A DNA stretch of 64,000 nt, from the NCBI GenBank assembly GCA_963800285.1, contig CAWDAL010000013.1, positions 227,395 through 291,394 on the forward strand, in the 5' to 3' direction. The DNA is from an uncultured Solirubrobacterales bacterium. Its GTDB lineage: Bacteria > Actinomycetota > Thermoleophilia > Solirubrobacterales > 70-9. The position numbers and the translations under genes are program-made. Below the pieces are notes generated by a model. The model was not told the origin of the DNA. It was given only the letters and a program-made list of their open reading frames with translations, and ran no database searches. How positions within the stretch are numbered: position 1 is the first letter of the stretch; each line of letters begins with the position of its first letter. Shown in pieces: positions 19,131 to 29,198 of the stretch.

Positions 19131-19928
19131 CTAGAGCCACTCCTTGACCCGGCCCGGGGTGGCCGTTCCGGAGAAGTCGCCCTGGTCGATGATCCGCTCG
19201 GCCGCCTCGATCAGAGCGTCGGTGGCCGCCCAGGTGAGCCCGCCGCCGACGCTGACCCGCTGCGCCCCGGCCTCCGCGATCTCGGCGAAGCTCAGGCCGA
19301 GGCGGCTGAAGGCGAGGACGTTGACCGGCCTCTCGACCGCATCGCAGACGGTCTTGATCTCCTCGGCGCTGATCAGCCCCGGTGCATAGAGCACGTCGGC
19401 GCCCGCCTCCGCATACGAGCTCAGCCGGGCGATCGTGTCGTCGATGTCGGGGTTGCCGCGCAGGTGGTTCTCGGCCCGGGCGGTGAGCACGAAGGGCGCG
19501 TCCACGGCGCGGGCGGCCTCCGCGGCCGCGGCGATGCGCTCGGTCGCCTCCGCCTGCTCGTAGAGCCGCTGCTCGTCACGGTCGTAGTCCTCGATCGAGC
19601 CACCGACCGCGCCGGCGTTGCCCGCGGTGGCGAGGGCGCGGGCCGCGTCCTCGGGGGCCGGCCCGTAGCCGTTCTCGAGATCCGCCGAGACCGGCAGTTC
19701 GGTGGCCTCGGCGAGCGCGGTGATGTGCGCCGCCTTCTCCTCCAGGGTGACGCGCCCGTCCGCGCGCCCCAGGGTGAACGCGAAGCCGCTGCTGGTCGTG
19801 GCGAGCGCCTTGAAGCCGAGCCCCGCCATGACCTTGGCCGAGCCGGCATCCCACGGATTGGGGATTACGAATGGTTCGCCCTGATGAAGGGCGCGGAACG
19901 CATCGCCCTTCTCCTGCTGCGTCGCCAT
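19131..19928 (-). CDS. isocitrate lyase / PEP mutase family protein (methylisocitrate lyase-like)
   Basis: FVIPNPWDAGSAKVMAGLGFKALATTS...DLENGYG...GGSIED pattern of the ICL/PEPM superfamily. Confidence 0.85.
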   Translation of the reverse strand: MATQQEKGDAFRALHQGEPFVIPNPWDAGSAKVMAGLGFKALATTSSGFAFTLGRADGRVTLEEKAAHITALAEATELPVSADLENGYGPAPEDAARALATAGNAGAVGGSIEDYDRDEQRLYEQAEATERIAAAAEAARAVDAPFVLTARAENHLRGNPDIDDTIARLSSYAEAGADVLYAPGLISAEEIKTVCDAVERPVNVLAFSRLGLSFAEIAEAGAQRVSVGGGLTWAATDALIEAAERIIDQGDFSGTATPGRVKEWL

Positions 19929-19935
19929 ACGGCGA

Positions 19936-20406
19936 TCATCGCATCTCGCGCAACCGGTCCAGGTGGTGGCGAGTGACGTCGTTCGTGGTGCGCAGGAACT
20001 CCTCGAAGCCGTCGAGCTGTGCGCCGCTGAGGCGCTCCAGTGCGGCCGCCCAATCCGCGGCGACGGGGCCCCAGATCCTCTCGGCGCGGGAGTAGAACAC
20101 TTTTGTCACCTCGACCTTGACCCGCCGGCGGTCGGCGGGATCCGAGACGCGCCGCGCGAATCCCTTCTTCTCGAGGCGGTCGATCACCCCCGTAACCGCA
20201 CCCGTCGTCAGGCCGGACTCGGCGGCGAGCTCGCCCGCGGTCACGCCCCCGGCGTTCTCGATGATGTTCAGGCAGTGCAGGTCGGTCTCGCTCACTCCGA
20301 GCCGCTGCGCCGCCAGGTTGTCGAAGGCGTCGTCCAGGTTGCCGCTGACCCGGAACTCCCGGATCAGCTCACCCACTTGCTCGCTCTTCTTGCGTTTCCC
20401 GGCCAC
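19936..20406 (-). CDS. MarR family transcriptional regulator
   Basis: wHTH core ...GVTAGELAAESGLTTGAVTGVIDRLEKKGFARRVSDPADRRRV. GTG start. Confidence 0.88.
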   Translation of the reverse strand: MAGKRKKSEQVGELIREFRVSGNLDDAFDNLAAQRLGVSETDLHCLNIIENAGGVTAGELAAESGLTTGAVTGVIDRLEKKGFARRVSDPADRRRVKVEVTKVFYSRAERIWGPVAADWAAALERLSGAQLDGFEEFLRTTNDVTRHHLDRLREMR

Positions 20407-20416
20407 TGTGATAATC

Positions 20417-20431
20417 TCTTAGTTACTAAGA
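20417..20431. promoter_or_regulatory. perfect 15-nt palindrome TCTTAGT-T-ACTAAGA in the AT-rich MarR/VOC divergent intergenic region (candidate MarR operator)
   Basis: Read directly from the sequence. It sits 11 nt upstream of the MarR start codon in a locally low-GC stretch. Confidence 0.5.
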
Positions 20432-20502
20432 TATTTAGCAGGTAAGTAACTGAGCAGGCAAGGGGAAGCTTAGACCCCCGCGCCGACCGAAAGGAGATCG
20501 AG

Positions 20503-20873
20503 ATGGCGAACGACATGCGGCTCGAACTGGTCAACGTCCCCGTATCCGATGTGGACCGCTCCATCGACTTCTATGTGAACAGGGCAGGGTTCAGCCTCGA
20601 CCACGACCACACTCCGACCGACGACATCCGGTTCGTCCAGCTGACGCCGCCGGGATCGCCCGCCTCGATCTCGATCGGCAGGGGCCTGCCGAACGACGAG
20701 CCCGGATCCGTCAAGGGTCTTCAGCTTGTCGTCGATGACATCGAGGGCACGACCGCCGAGCTCAGCGAGAACGGCGTCGAGGTCAGCGAGATCGACGAGC
20801 AGCCCTGGGGCCGTTTCGCCTACTTCGCCGATCCGGACGGCAACGGCTGGGTGCTGCAGCTGAACTCGAAGCT

Positions 20874-20877
<4 letters not shown>
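20503..20877 (+). CDS. VOC (glyoxalase/bleomycin-resistance/dioxygenase) family protein
   Basis: A 124-aa protein with [17 protein letters not shown]...FADPDGNGW motifs. GGAG Shine-Dalgarno lies 8 nt upstream. Confidence 0.85.
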
Positions 20878-21821
<944 letters not shown>

Positions 21822-21873
21822 GGACGGGCGAGGATAGCCAGGCGGCAAACGAGCGGCGCCAGATGAGTCGCAG

Positions 21874-22419
21874 CTACCGGAGGCGTTGCACCGTCGCTCG
21901 CGCGAAGCCGAAGCTCTCGCGCCTGACGTGCCTGATCCTGGAGGTGCCCTGGACGTCGATGTGGATCCGCTGCTGGTCGGCGAAGGTCACCGGCGTGCGG
22001 ATCTTCGGGTTGAAGGGATCGGTCTCCAGGAAGTAGGTGTCCGGAGTGATGAAGGTGAGCACCGCTCGGCCCTTGGCATTCGCCTTGAATGGCGGGGACC
22101 CCGGCGCCGGCGAGACCGGCGCGACGTCGCAGAAGTAGAACTCGCCGCACTGCAGCGTGGTGGGAGGCGGCTCGATGAAGACGGCGATCTTCGCCTTCGG
22201 CGCCATCCGAGAGATCGAGATGGTCTCGGGCTGGCCCGGGGTGACGAAGCCGTCGGAGCCGACCTTCGCCTTCAGGAAGATGAACTTGGTCTTCGGCTTG
22301 GATTTGGAGGAGACGTCGGCTCGGGGACTGCCCGCGGCGCCGGTCACCGGCAGGATCGCGGCGCACGCCAGCGCGACGAATCCCGTGACGAATCTGTGGT
22401 TTCCCCTCCCCGTAGGCAC
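21874..22419 (-). CDS. exported hypothetical protein, divergent from the ECF sigma gene
   Basis: GTG start followed by signal-like [26 protein letters not shown]3 bias. No family recognised. Start is uncertain. Confidence 0.45.
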   Translation of the reverse strand: MPTGRGNHRFVTGFVALACAAILPVTGAAGSPRADVSSKSKPKTKFIFLKAKVGSDGFVTPGQPETISISRMAPKAKIAVFIEPPPTTLQCGEFYFCDVAPVSPAPGSPPFKANAKGRAVLTFITPDTYFLETDPFNPKIRTPVTFADQQRIHIDVQGTSRIRHVRRESFGFARATVQRLR

Positions 22420-22489
22420 GGCGGTGACTATCGCAGGACATCGGCGGCACGGCAAGCGCGGTTCAGACTCCCAGTTCTGGGTGCGCCGA

Positions 22490-22538
22490 ATTCGCAAATT
22501 GCGGCGGATTTGGGAACCCGTCTCCGCAAATTGCGAAT
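22490..22538. promoter_or_regulatory. inverted pair of 15-mers (ATTCGCAAATTGCGG / CCGCAAATTGCGAAT) flanking a GGAAC -35-like motif, upstream of the ECF sigma gene
   Basis: Copies lie at 22490-22504 and 22524-22538. Each contains the internal palindrome CGCAA-A-TTGCG. GGAAC is at 22513-22517. Confidence 0.45.
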
Positions 22539-22590
22539 GTGGCCGCTGGCCAAACGGGGCGAATAGTGGCAGGTTTCGACTCACCCGGAT

Positions 22591-23967
22591 GTGTCGGAGG
22601 TGAGCCGTCTGGGTCAGTTGGGAGGAACAACCGGTCGAGCCGGGGCCGACGCTCGATCCGCAGACGAGGCCGCTGAGGCAGTCGCCTCGCCGGACTCGCG
22701 CCGCCGCGCGGCGAGCGCGCTGATCGAGACTCATGACGCCGTCTTTCGGCGAACGGCGCGGCGCTATTCCATCTGCGCCGACGACGCCGAGGATGCCTAT
22801 CAGCGGGCCCTCGAGATTCTCCTTACGAAAGCCCCTCCCATCGAGGGCGACTCGCTGGTGCGGTGGATGCAGACGGTCACCAAGCGCGAGGCGCTGGCGG
22901 TGCGTCGCCAGAGGGAGCGCCTCCTCGGCTCGCATCGGACCGCGACGTCGGAGGGGGACGACGACCGGGATCCGCTCGACTCCCTGGCGTCTGAGAGCCC
23001 AGGACCGAACGATCGCCTCGCCAGGCGCGAGCGAGTCATCCGCAGCGGCGAGGCGCTCAATGCTCTGAAGCCGCAGGAGGTCCGAGCCCTGACCCTCAAG
23101 GCCCAGGGCTACTCGTACGCCGAGATCGGAGAGATCACGGGCTGGTCCTATACGAAGATCAACCGCTGCATGGCGGAGGGCCGGAAGCGGTTCCTGGAAG
23201 TCTTCGCCGAGATCGAGGACGGCCGTCGCTGCGATCAGCTCGCCGACGCGCTCTCTCAGATGGCCGATGGAGAGAGCGCCAACGGCTCGACGGATGCACT
23301 CGAGTTCCATTTGAGGAGCTGTGCAGCCTGTCGCGCGAAGCTGCGCGCCTACCGGGCGATCCCGGACAAGGTCTTCGAGCTCATGCCCGCCGGACCCCTG
23401 CTGGACCAGTCGATGGGCGGCCATCCGCACCAATGGCTTGCCGAGCGCGCTGGCGCGATGGTGGACAAGGTCCGAGAAGCCGGCTACTCGCTGATTTCGC
23501 GGGGAGGTGGCGGGAGCGGAAACGCCGCGTCAGTTGCGGCGGCCGGCGGCTCTCGCGGAGCTGGAATGGCTGCGGTCGCGAAGGTGCTGGCGATCTGCGG
23601 CGCGACCGCGGCGGGCGGAGCCACCTGTGTGGCCACGGGTGTCATTGACCCCGGGGCGATCGCCGGCGGCTATGACCACGACCAGGCAGCGTTGGAGAGA
23701 CCGGCGCATCCGACGGCAACCACTGTGCCCGAGATTCGGACGACTCCGACGCCGACCGCCCCAGAGCCTTCCCCGACCAAGTCGGTGGAAGCCACGAGCC
23801 CGCCGCCGCCCACTCCGACCCAACAGAAGACGCGCCAATTCGGAGTTGAGGCTGCGGGCTCCGGCTCCTCATCCGGGAGCAGCAGCGGGGAGTTCGGCGG
23901 CCCCTCTCCCGGAGGAAGCGCCCCCTCTGGCGGCGGCGGCTCGGGCGGGGGATTCGGAATCGAATGA
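22591..23967 (+). CDS. ECF (sigma-70 family) sigma factor fused in one ORF to a zf-HC2 (ZAS) anti-sigma domain, one TM helix and a Pro/Thr- then Gly/Ser-rich extracytoplasmic tail
   Basis: Region 2 DAEDAYQRALEILL. Region 4 LKPQEVRALTLKAQGYSYAEIGEITGWSYTKINRCMAEGRKRF. This is directly followed by CDQLADALSQMADGE...HLRSCAACRAKL. TM is AAVAKVLAICGATAAGGATCVATGV. Confidence 0.75.
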   Translation: MSEVSRLGQLGGTTGRAGADARSADEAAEAVASPDSRRRAASALIETHDAVFRRTARRYSICADDAEDAYQRALEILLTKAPPIEGDSLVRWMQTVTKREALAVRRQRERLLGSHRTATSEGDDDRDPLDSLASESPGPNDRLARRERVIRSGEALNALKPQEVRALTLKAQGYSYAEIGEITGWSYTKINRCMAEGRKRFLEVFAEIEDGRRCDQLADALSQMADGESANGSTDALEFHLRSCAACRAKLRAYRAIPDKVFELMPAGPLLDQSMGGHPHQWLAERAGAMVDKVREAGYSLISRGGGGSGNAASVAAAGGSRGAGMAAVAKVLAICGATAAGGATCVATGVIDPGAIAGGYDHDQAALERPAHPTATTVPEIRTTPTPTAPEPSPTKSVEATSPPPPTPTQQKTRQFGVEAAGSGSSSGSSSGEFGGPSPGGSAPSGGGGSGGGFGIE

Positions 23968-24048
23968 TGCTCAGCGTTGGGAGGGCAGAGCTTTCGGAGC
24001 GAGGTCCTTATTGGGGAGATGACTTTCGGTGAGGCAGAGGAGGAGACG

Positions 24049-25609
24049 ATGACCCGACTCGGACCGTTCCCTGGGATCCGCAGCTGGATCGCCACGGTTG
24101 CAGTGCTGCTGGTCCTGGCTGTCGCCGCGCTAGCGGCCCTGTTTCCGGCCACCGCAGAGGCTGACTACAGCGTTGTGCAGTGTGTCCCACCGGCCGTGCC
24201 TTACACGGACGCTGGCAAGGTGGCGGTCGGCGCCTACAGCATCTGGGGCACAAACGAATGTGGAAGCGGCACCTTCTATGGGTTGAGGCTGTATACGGGC
24301 CGCGACACTGGCTGGACGGCGAACGGAGCGGAGTTGGCCTGGCGCTTTAGCGCCCCGCCCGCGACCGGTTTCAGTACAGCGAGCGCCACCGTTCACTACG
24401 GCAATGACGGCGGTTTTGCCGCCGCGTCCTTCAGCAACGGGCAGCCGGCGTTCAACGTTTCTGCGACCTGCGGCACGCCGGCGAGCTGTTGGACGACCGC
24501 CTCGGCGAATGGGGCGACGCATCTTCGAGGTCCGCCTGCAGTGCTTCAAGTCGCCCAACTGCCACAGCGACTGGGCCTACGCCTGGATCACGAACTTCAA
24601 CGCCACCGTCCACGACGCCTTCGCCCCCGGCATCTCCGCCGCCGGCTCGTTGCTGAGCGGCTCGGTCGTACATGGTGTTCAGAATCTGCGGGCGGTCGCA
24701 ACAGATCAGGGCGGTGGAGTGCGGGCCGTCGACCTGTACGTGAACGGGATCCACTCTCGCGGGGTTGACCTCTGCCCCCCGTCATCCGATGGGCACTACA
24801 CGTTGCTCCGACCTTGCCCTCTGTCCTCGACCCAGCATCTCGCGGCCGACACCGAGAGGGATCCGGGCTGGACCAACGGCCCCAACGACGTCCTGATCTG
24901 TGCACGCGACGTGAGCGGCAACACGTCGTCGCCCTGCCTGCGCAGGACCGTCTACGCGGACAACACCTGTCCGGCATCCGGCGGCAGGGCGGCAGCCGAG
25001 CTCGACGCCGGGGCGGACGTGGGTGGCCGGCTCAGCGAGAGGGCGGCTGTGACCTCGAAGGCCGAACCGGTGATCCGAGGCACGCTGGAGGACGGCGCGG
25101 GCCAGCCGGTCTCCGGCGCGACCGTCTGCGTCTACGAGACGGTTGATCTACCGGATGCGTCGAGGGATCTCGTCGGTTCCGCCACCACCCAGGGCAATGG
25201 CCGCTTCGCCACCCGGCTCGACGCGGGCCCCTCTCGCCGCGTGGACTTTGTCTACCGCTACAACGACCGGGTACTCGGCGACCGAGTCCAGCTCGACTCG
25301 CGCGTGGTTCCGGCGCTGCGAATCAACCGGAAGAGCTTGACGAACGGTCAGGCGGCGCGCTTCCGTGGTCACGTCCCAGGACCGAACGCAGACGCACGCG
25401 CCGTAGCGATGCAGGCGCGGGTCGGTCGCAAATGGCGCACCTTCAAGCAACTGCGCACCGACTCCGAGGGGCGGTTTCGCGGCAAGTACCGCTTCACGCA
25501 GACCGTGGGTCGAGTCCGTTACGTCTTCCGGGCGCTGGTGAAGCGCCAGGGCGGCTATCCCTATGAGCCAGGGGGCTCCCATCGGCGCCGGATCCTTGTG
25601 CGCGGCTGA
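24049..25609 (+). pseudogene. exported/anchored hypothetical protein with C-terminal carboxypeptidase-regulatory-like domain; frame broken by an extra G in the G4 run at 24511-24514
   Basis: ATG is preceded by GAGGAGGAG. Signal/anchor is IRSWIATVAVLLVLAVAALAALFPATAEA. ...CWTTASANG continues in the next frame as RRIFEVRLQCFKSPNCHSDW.... IRGTLEDGAGQPVSGATVCVYE...GNGRF is the CarboxypepD_reg-like motif. Confidence 0.6.
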
Positions 25610-25616
25610 GCGGGCT

Positions 25617-26007
25617 CTATTTGCCCGGCTTGGCCCGTAAGCACAGTGCGTAGGCTGCGACCGTGCTGTCCCCTGGCCCAGCTCCTTGCTGCACAAACCA
25701 CCCGTCTAACCCCGGGCGGGATGCGCCTAAGGGACCGCCTGGCGAAACCACGGTTCCTCCTCCACCGAAAAGCCGTTCGCCGCGCTTGCATGGCGCAAAG
25801 GCGCTGAACTGCCCCGTCTTCCTGGGCGACCCGTACGCCCGCGAGGTCGCTGGCGGTGACGTTATGAGGCTTGATTGAACTACTGGTCACGCTGTTCTTC
25901 GGCGCGTTGCTCCCCGCGATCGCCGTGGCGCCGCCCGCTACGGCGATGATCAAGGCCAGAGTTGCCGTCACGTTGGCGTAGTTGAGGTGCCTTCTAAGCC
26001 GATGCAT
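25617..26007 (-). pseudogene. small N-terminally anchored hypothetical protein; frame broken by an extra C/G in the run at 25812-25815
   Basis: MHRLRRHLNYANVTATLALIIAVAGGATAIAGSNAPKNSV...VRVAQEDG, then QFSAFAPCKRGERLFGGGGTVV...STVAAYALCLRAKPGK in the adjacent frame after removing one G. The continuation was hand translated. Confidence 0.5.
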
Positions 26008-26100
26008 GGGTCTTCCCTCCTGTAGCTACTCCTTGAACCCGGCTCGGGCGTCCTTGTTGCTGACCCTATCGCTCAATTCAAAACTGAAAGTCTCTCCACC

Positions 26101-27150
26101 GTGACTCGTAGGGAGCAAGGCTTTCTCGCGGCGACAGCTGCGATCACAGCGATCGCAGGCGTCCTCCGATACTCCAACGCGACCGCGGTGCTCGCCTTTG
26201 CTGCTGCCACCCTGGCGCTCGCCGGGCTCGCTTGGGTCGTGGCCCTCGCCACGGAGCAGGTCGGCCTTCGCTTCGGTCCCGCGGTCACCGGCTTCATGCA
26301 GTCCACCCTCGGCAACCTGCCCGAGTTCTTCATCGTCCTGTTCGCGCTCGGGTCGGGCGAGGTGGTGGTCGCGCAGACCTCCCTGATCGGCTCGATCTTC
26401 GCCAATGCGCTGCTGGTGCTCGGGCTGGTGATCGTCACGGGGACTCTCCAAGCCGACGGGGGCTGCATGCGCTTCCGGCAGCGGCTGCCGCAGGACACGG
26501 CGACGCTCCTGCTCGTCTCGCTCTTCGTGATCGTGATCATCGGCCTCTCGATCGCCTCCTCGGACAAGGCGAGCCACCACATCGAGGGGCTCTCGAACGT
26601 GGGGGCGATCTGTCTGCTCGTCGTCTACGGGGCGTGGATCTGGGGCTACCTGCGCTCTGACCCGCAGCGCGGCGAGGAGGAGGCCGCACCGCGCCTGTCG
26701 ATGACCTTCGCGGTCGTGCTGCTGGCGATCGCTGGCACCGGCGCCGCCTTCGTCTCGGACTGGTTCATCCACGCCCTCGACCCAGCGGTGGAGTCGCTCG
26801 GCATCTCCAAGGCGTTCGCCGGCCTCGTGATCGTTGCCGTCGCCGGCAACGCGGTCGAGAACTTCACCGGCATCTTCCTCGCGGCGAAGGGCAAGTCGGA
26901 CCTGGCGATCTCGGTGGTGAAGAACTCGGTCGCCCAGATCGCCGCCTTCCTCTTCCCGGCCCTGGTGCTGACCTCGTTGCTCTTCACCACGCACCTGACC
27001 TTCGCGCTCGCGCCGGTCTACATCGGCGCGCTCTTCCTCACCGCGCTCGCGATCTGGCAGATCACCGGGGACGGCGAGGCCCAGATGTTCGAGGGAATCG
27101 CGCTGATCGCGATCTACGTGGTGCTGGCGGCGTTCGCGCTGTACGACTGA
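26101..27150 (+). CDS. cax: Ca2+/H+ antiporter (CaCA/CAX family)
   Basis: Two alpha-repeat motifs (GNLPEFF and GNAVENF), ~11 TM segments, 349 aa. Confidence 0.88.
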   Translation: MTRREQGFLAATAAITAIAGVLRYSNATAVLAFAAATLALAGLAWVVALATEQVGLRFGPAVTGFMQSTLGNLPEFFIVLFALGSGEVVVAQTSLIGSIFANALLVLGLVIVTGTLQADGGCMRFRQRLPQDTATLLLVSLFVIVIIGLSIASSDKASHHIEGLSNVGAICLLVVYGAWIWGYLRSDPQRGEEEAAPRLSMTFAVVLLAIAGTGAAFVSDWFIHALDPAVESLGISKAFAGLVIVAVAGNAVENFTGIFLAAKGKSDLAISVVKNSVAQIAAFLFPALVLTSLLFTTHLTFALAPVYIGALFLTALAIWQITGDGEAQMFEGIALIAIYVVLAAFALYD

Positions 27151-27159
27151 GTTCGCTTA

Positions 27160-28451
27160 CTAGGCCGCGTCCTCCGCCAGGTCGTCCGCGAGCCCCTCGA
27201 CGATCCGCGGGTCGAACTGCTTGCCCGCGTTGCGCCTCAGCTCGGCCAGGGCCTCGTCCTCGGTGAGGGGACGCTGGTTGGGGAGCTTGGCGGTGAGGAC
27301 GACGTACTCGACGCAGACGGCGAGGATGCGGGAGCCGAGGGGGATGCGGTCGCCGGCCAGGCCGTCCGGGTAGCCGCTGCCGTCGTAGTTCTCGTGGCTC
27401 GAGCGGACCAGCTTCGCGACCGGGGCGAGGGCCGGGGCCGAGGCGATGATCTCGGCGGCGGCGCCGGGGAGGTCACGGAGCAGGATGGACTCGGAGGCCG
27501 GGAGATGGCTCTGGCTCTCGATGGCCGAGTCGGGGACGGAGAGCATGCCGACGTGCTGGAGGCGGGCGGCGAAGACCAGGTCGTCGAGCTGCTCGCGGCT
27601 CAGCCCCAGGGACCGGCCGAGCGACTGCACGTGGAACGAGACGGCGCGCAGGTGCGAGCCCATCTCGGGGTGGCGCTTGTTGAGGATCGCGAGCAGGGTG
27701 TCGTGGGCCTGGTGCTTCGCCGACTCGCGCTGGTGGCGGCGGTCGGCGGCCAGGCGGCGGCCCGCGATTTGGAGTGCCTCCTCCGCGGTGGTCGCGTCGT
27801 CGGGGAGGATCACGACGCCGTGGGCACGGCCAATCGTCGACTCCGCGCCGGGCTCATCGACGCCGGAGAGGAAGATCGCCATCGCGACCTCGTTCGGATC
27901 GCGCTCATACGCCGGGACGAGGGCGCAGAACTGGCCGCCCTCGATCCGGTAGGGGTGTCCCTCGAGCCCTGCGACGATCTCGGAGAGCTCCTTTCCGAAG
28001 GCGCGCAGGAGCCGGTCGCCGGCTCGGAAGCCGAGGCGGTCGCGGTAGTCGGCGACGCCCTCGAGCTCGAGCAGGACCAGGACCTGCGGCGCGCGTCGGA
28101 GGGCTTGAGGATCTCCTCGAGGTCGTGGCTGAGCTGCAGCCGGTTGGGGAGGCCGGTGGTGGTGTCCACCCGGGCGCGGCGGTGGTTGTTCTGGACGAGC
28201 CAGGTGAAGACTGCTCCGAGGAGAGCGAGGCCGAGCCAGAAGACGAGGTCGGTGACCTCGCCCTGGACGTGGTTGTAGACCAGCAGCGTGGCCGCGAGGC
28301 TGGCGAAGAGCGCGGGGCCGGCGACCGACCACTCGCGCTCGAAGGCGCGCGCCCGCTTCCAGGCGCGGCGCAGGCGAGATGGCCGCTTGTCGCTCGGCCG
28401 GTAGGCGCGGCGGGCCCGCGCGGAGGTTTTCCCAAGCGTGTGGGCTTCCAT
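27160..28451 (-). pseudogene. membrane-anchored degenerate-GGDEF / HD-GYP protein; frame broken by a 1-nt deletion near 28080-28100
   Basis: The N-part has two TM helices and DTTTGLPNRLQL...KPSDAR. It continues in the other frame as QVLVLLELEGVADYRDRLGF...RIEGGQFCAL. The HD-GYP part is HENYDGSGYPDGL. Start could be 28451 or 28508. Confidence 0.75.
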
Positions 28452-28647
28452 TGGTCTAACTATCGGCCGCTCGGCTGGCCCGACTGTCGAGATTGGAAGT
28501 TTGGTCATTCCGCTCGCCTGGCCATGCCTGGACGGCTCACGCCTGGCTCGTTTGATTTCCCCGGAACGGCTGTACGGGGGACTAGTGATCCGCCACGCGG
28601 CGTTCCGTCCGGCGCCGCTGGACCCAGCCCCGTTGAGGGCGAGACGC

Positions 28648-28836
28648 CTAGGGGTTGCCGCGGACATGCGGCTGGTCGTTTGCCGGCCTGTCCGCCGGAT
28701 GCTTCGCGACCAGCGTGGCGTGCCGGCGCGGCGGTGCTGACCGGTGCGGGGAGCCGCCGAACGAGGGGAACATCGAGGCCGCCGCGAGCACGGCCAGGAC
28801 GACCACCAACCAGCGCCGGATCTGGGCCCGGTCCAT
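28648..28836 (-). CDS. possible small membrane protein (very tentative)
   Basis: A 62-aa ORF, MDRAQIRRWLVVVLAVLAAASMFPSF..., with good GC3. No homology recognised. It lies in an otherwise unassigned 425-nt gap. Confidence 0.25.
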   Translation of the reverse strand: MDRAQIRRWLVVVLAVLAAASMFPSFGGSPHRSAPPRRHATLVAKHPADRPANDQPHVRGNP

Positions 28837-28876
28837 TCCGGTTTTCTGCCCGAACGCCCGCGCGTAAACGCTGGCC

Positions 28877-29161
28877 TCAGGAGGAGACGAGCCGACCGAC
28901 GGCGCCCATCAGCTCCTGCACCTGCTCCTCGCTCGCGCCCTTGCCGCCGCGCATGCAGTGGCGGACGTGGTCGTCGACCAGGGCGAGCGCGATCTTGTTG
29001 AGGGCGGCCTGCGCCGCCTCGATCTGGGTGAGGACGTCGATGCAGTAGCGGTCCTCCTCGACCATCCGCTTGACGCCGCCGACCTGGCCCTCGACGCGCG
29101 CCAGCCTCTTGAGCAGGTCGTCCTTCGACGACGTGTATCCGGGAATCTTCGTGTCGCTCAT
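28877..29161 (-). CDS. csoR: CsoR-family metal-sensing transcriptional repressor (Cu(I)-type C-H-C ligand set)
   Basis: LKRLARVEGQVGGVKRMVEEDRYCIDVLTQ...VDDHVRHC, with Cys, His and Cys in CsoR positions, 94 aa. Confidence 0.88.
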   Translation of the reverse strand: MSDTKIPGYTSSKDDLLKRLARVEGQVGGVKRMVEEDRYCIDVLTQIEAAQAALNKIALALVDDHVRHCMRGGKGASEEQVQELMGAVGRLVSS

Positions 29162-29170
29162 GTTCGCAGC

Positions 29171-29187
29171 ATACCCCTATGGGGTAT
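29171..29187. promoter_or_regulatory. candidate CsoR operator ATACCCC-TAT-GGGGTAT
   Basis: Perfect 7-bp arms with C4/G4 tracts in the 37-nt csoR/permease divergent spacer. Known CsoR operators are GC-tract pseudo-palindromes of this style. Confidence 0.65.
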
Positions 29188-29198
29188 AGTCGTCAACC

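Noticed and set aside
23150-23350. The sigma/anti-sigma fusion as a simple artefact of the indel errors seen elsewhere.
   Set aside because: This is not fully excluded. However, the junction (…RKRFLEVFAEIEDGRRCDQLADAL…) reads smoothly, without the abrupt composition change seen at the six frameshift sites, and no alternative-frame continuation is evident. It is kept as a finding with a re-sequencing caveat.
28438-28740. Plus-strand 100-aa ORF in the 425-nt gap between the HD-GYP gene and csoR.
   Set aside because: It has poor third-position GC bias and no motifs. The region 28452-28647 has lower GC and looks non-coding, either promoter or possibly an ncRNA, which I cannot support.
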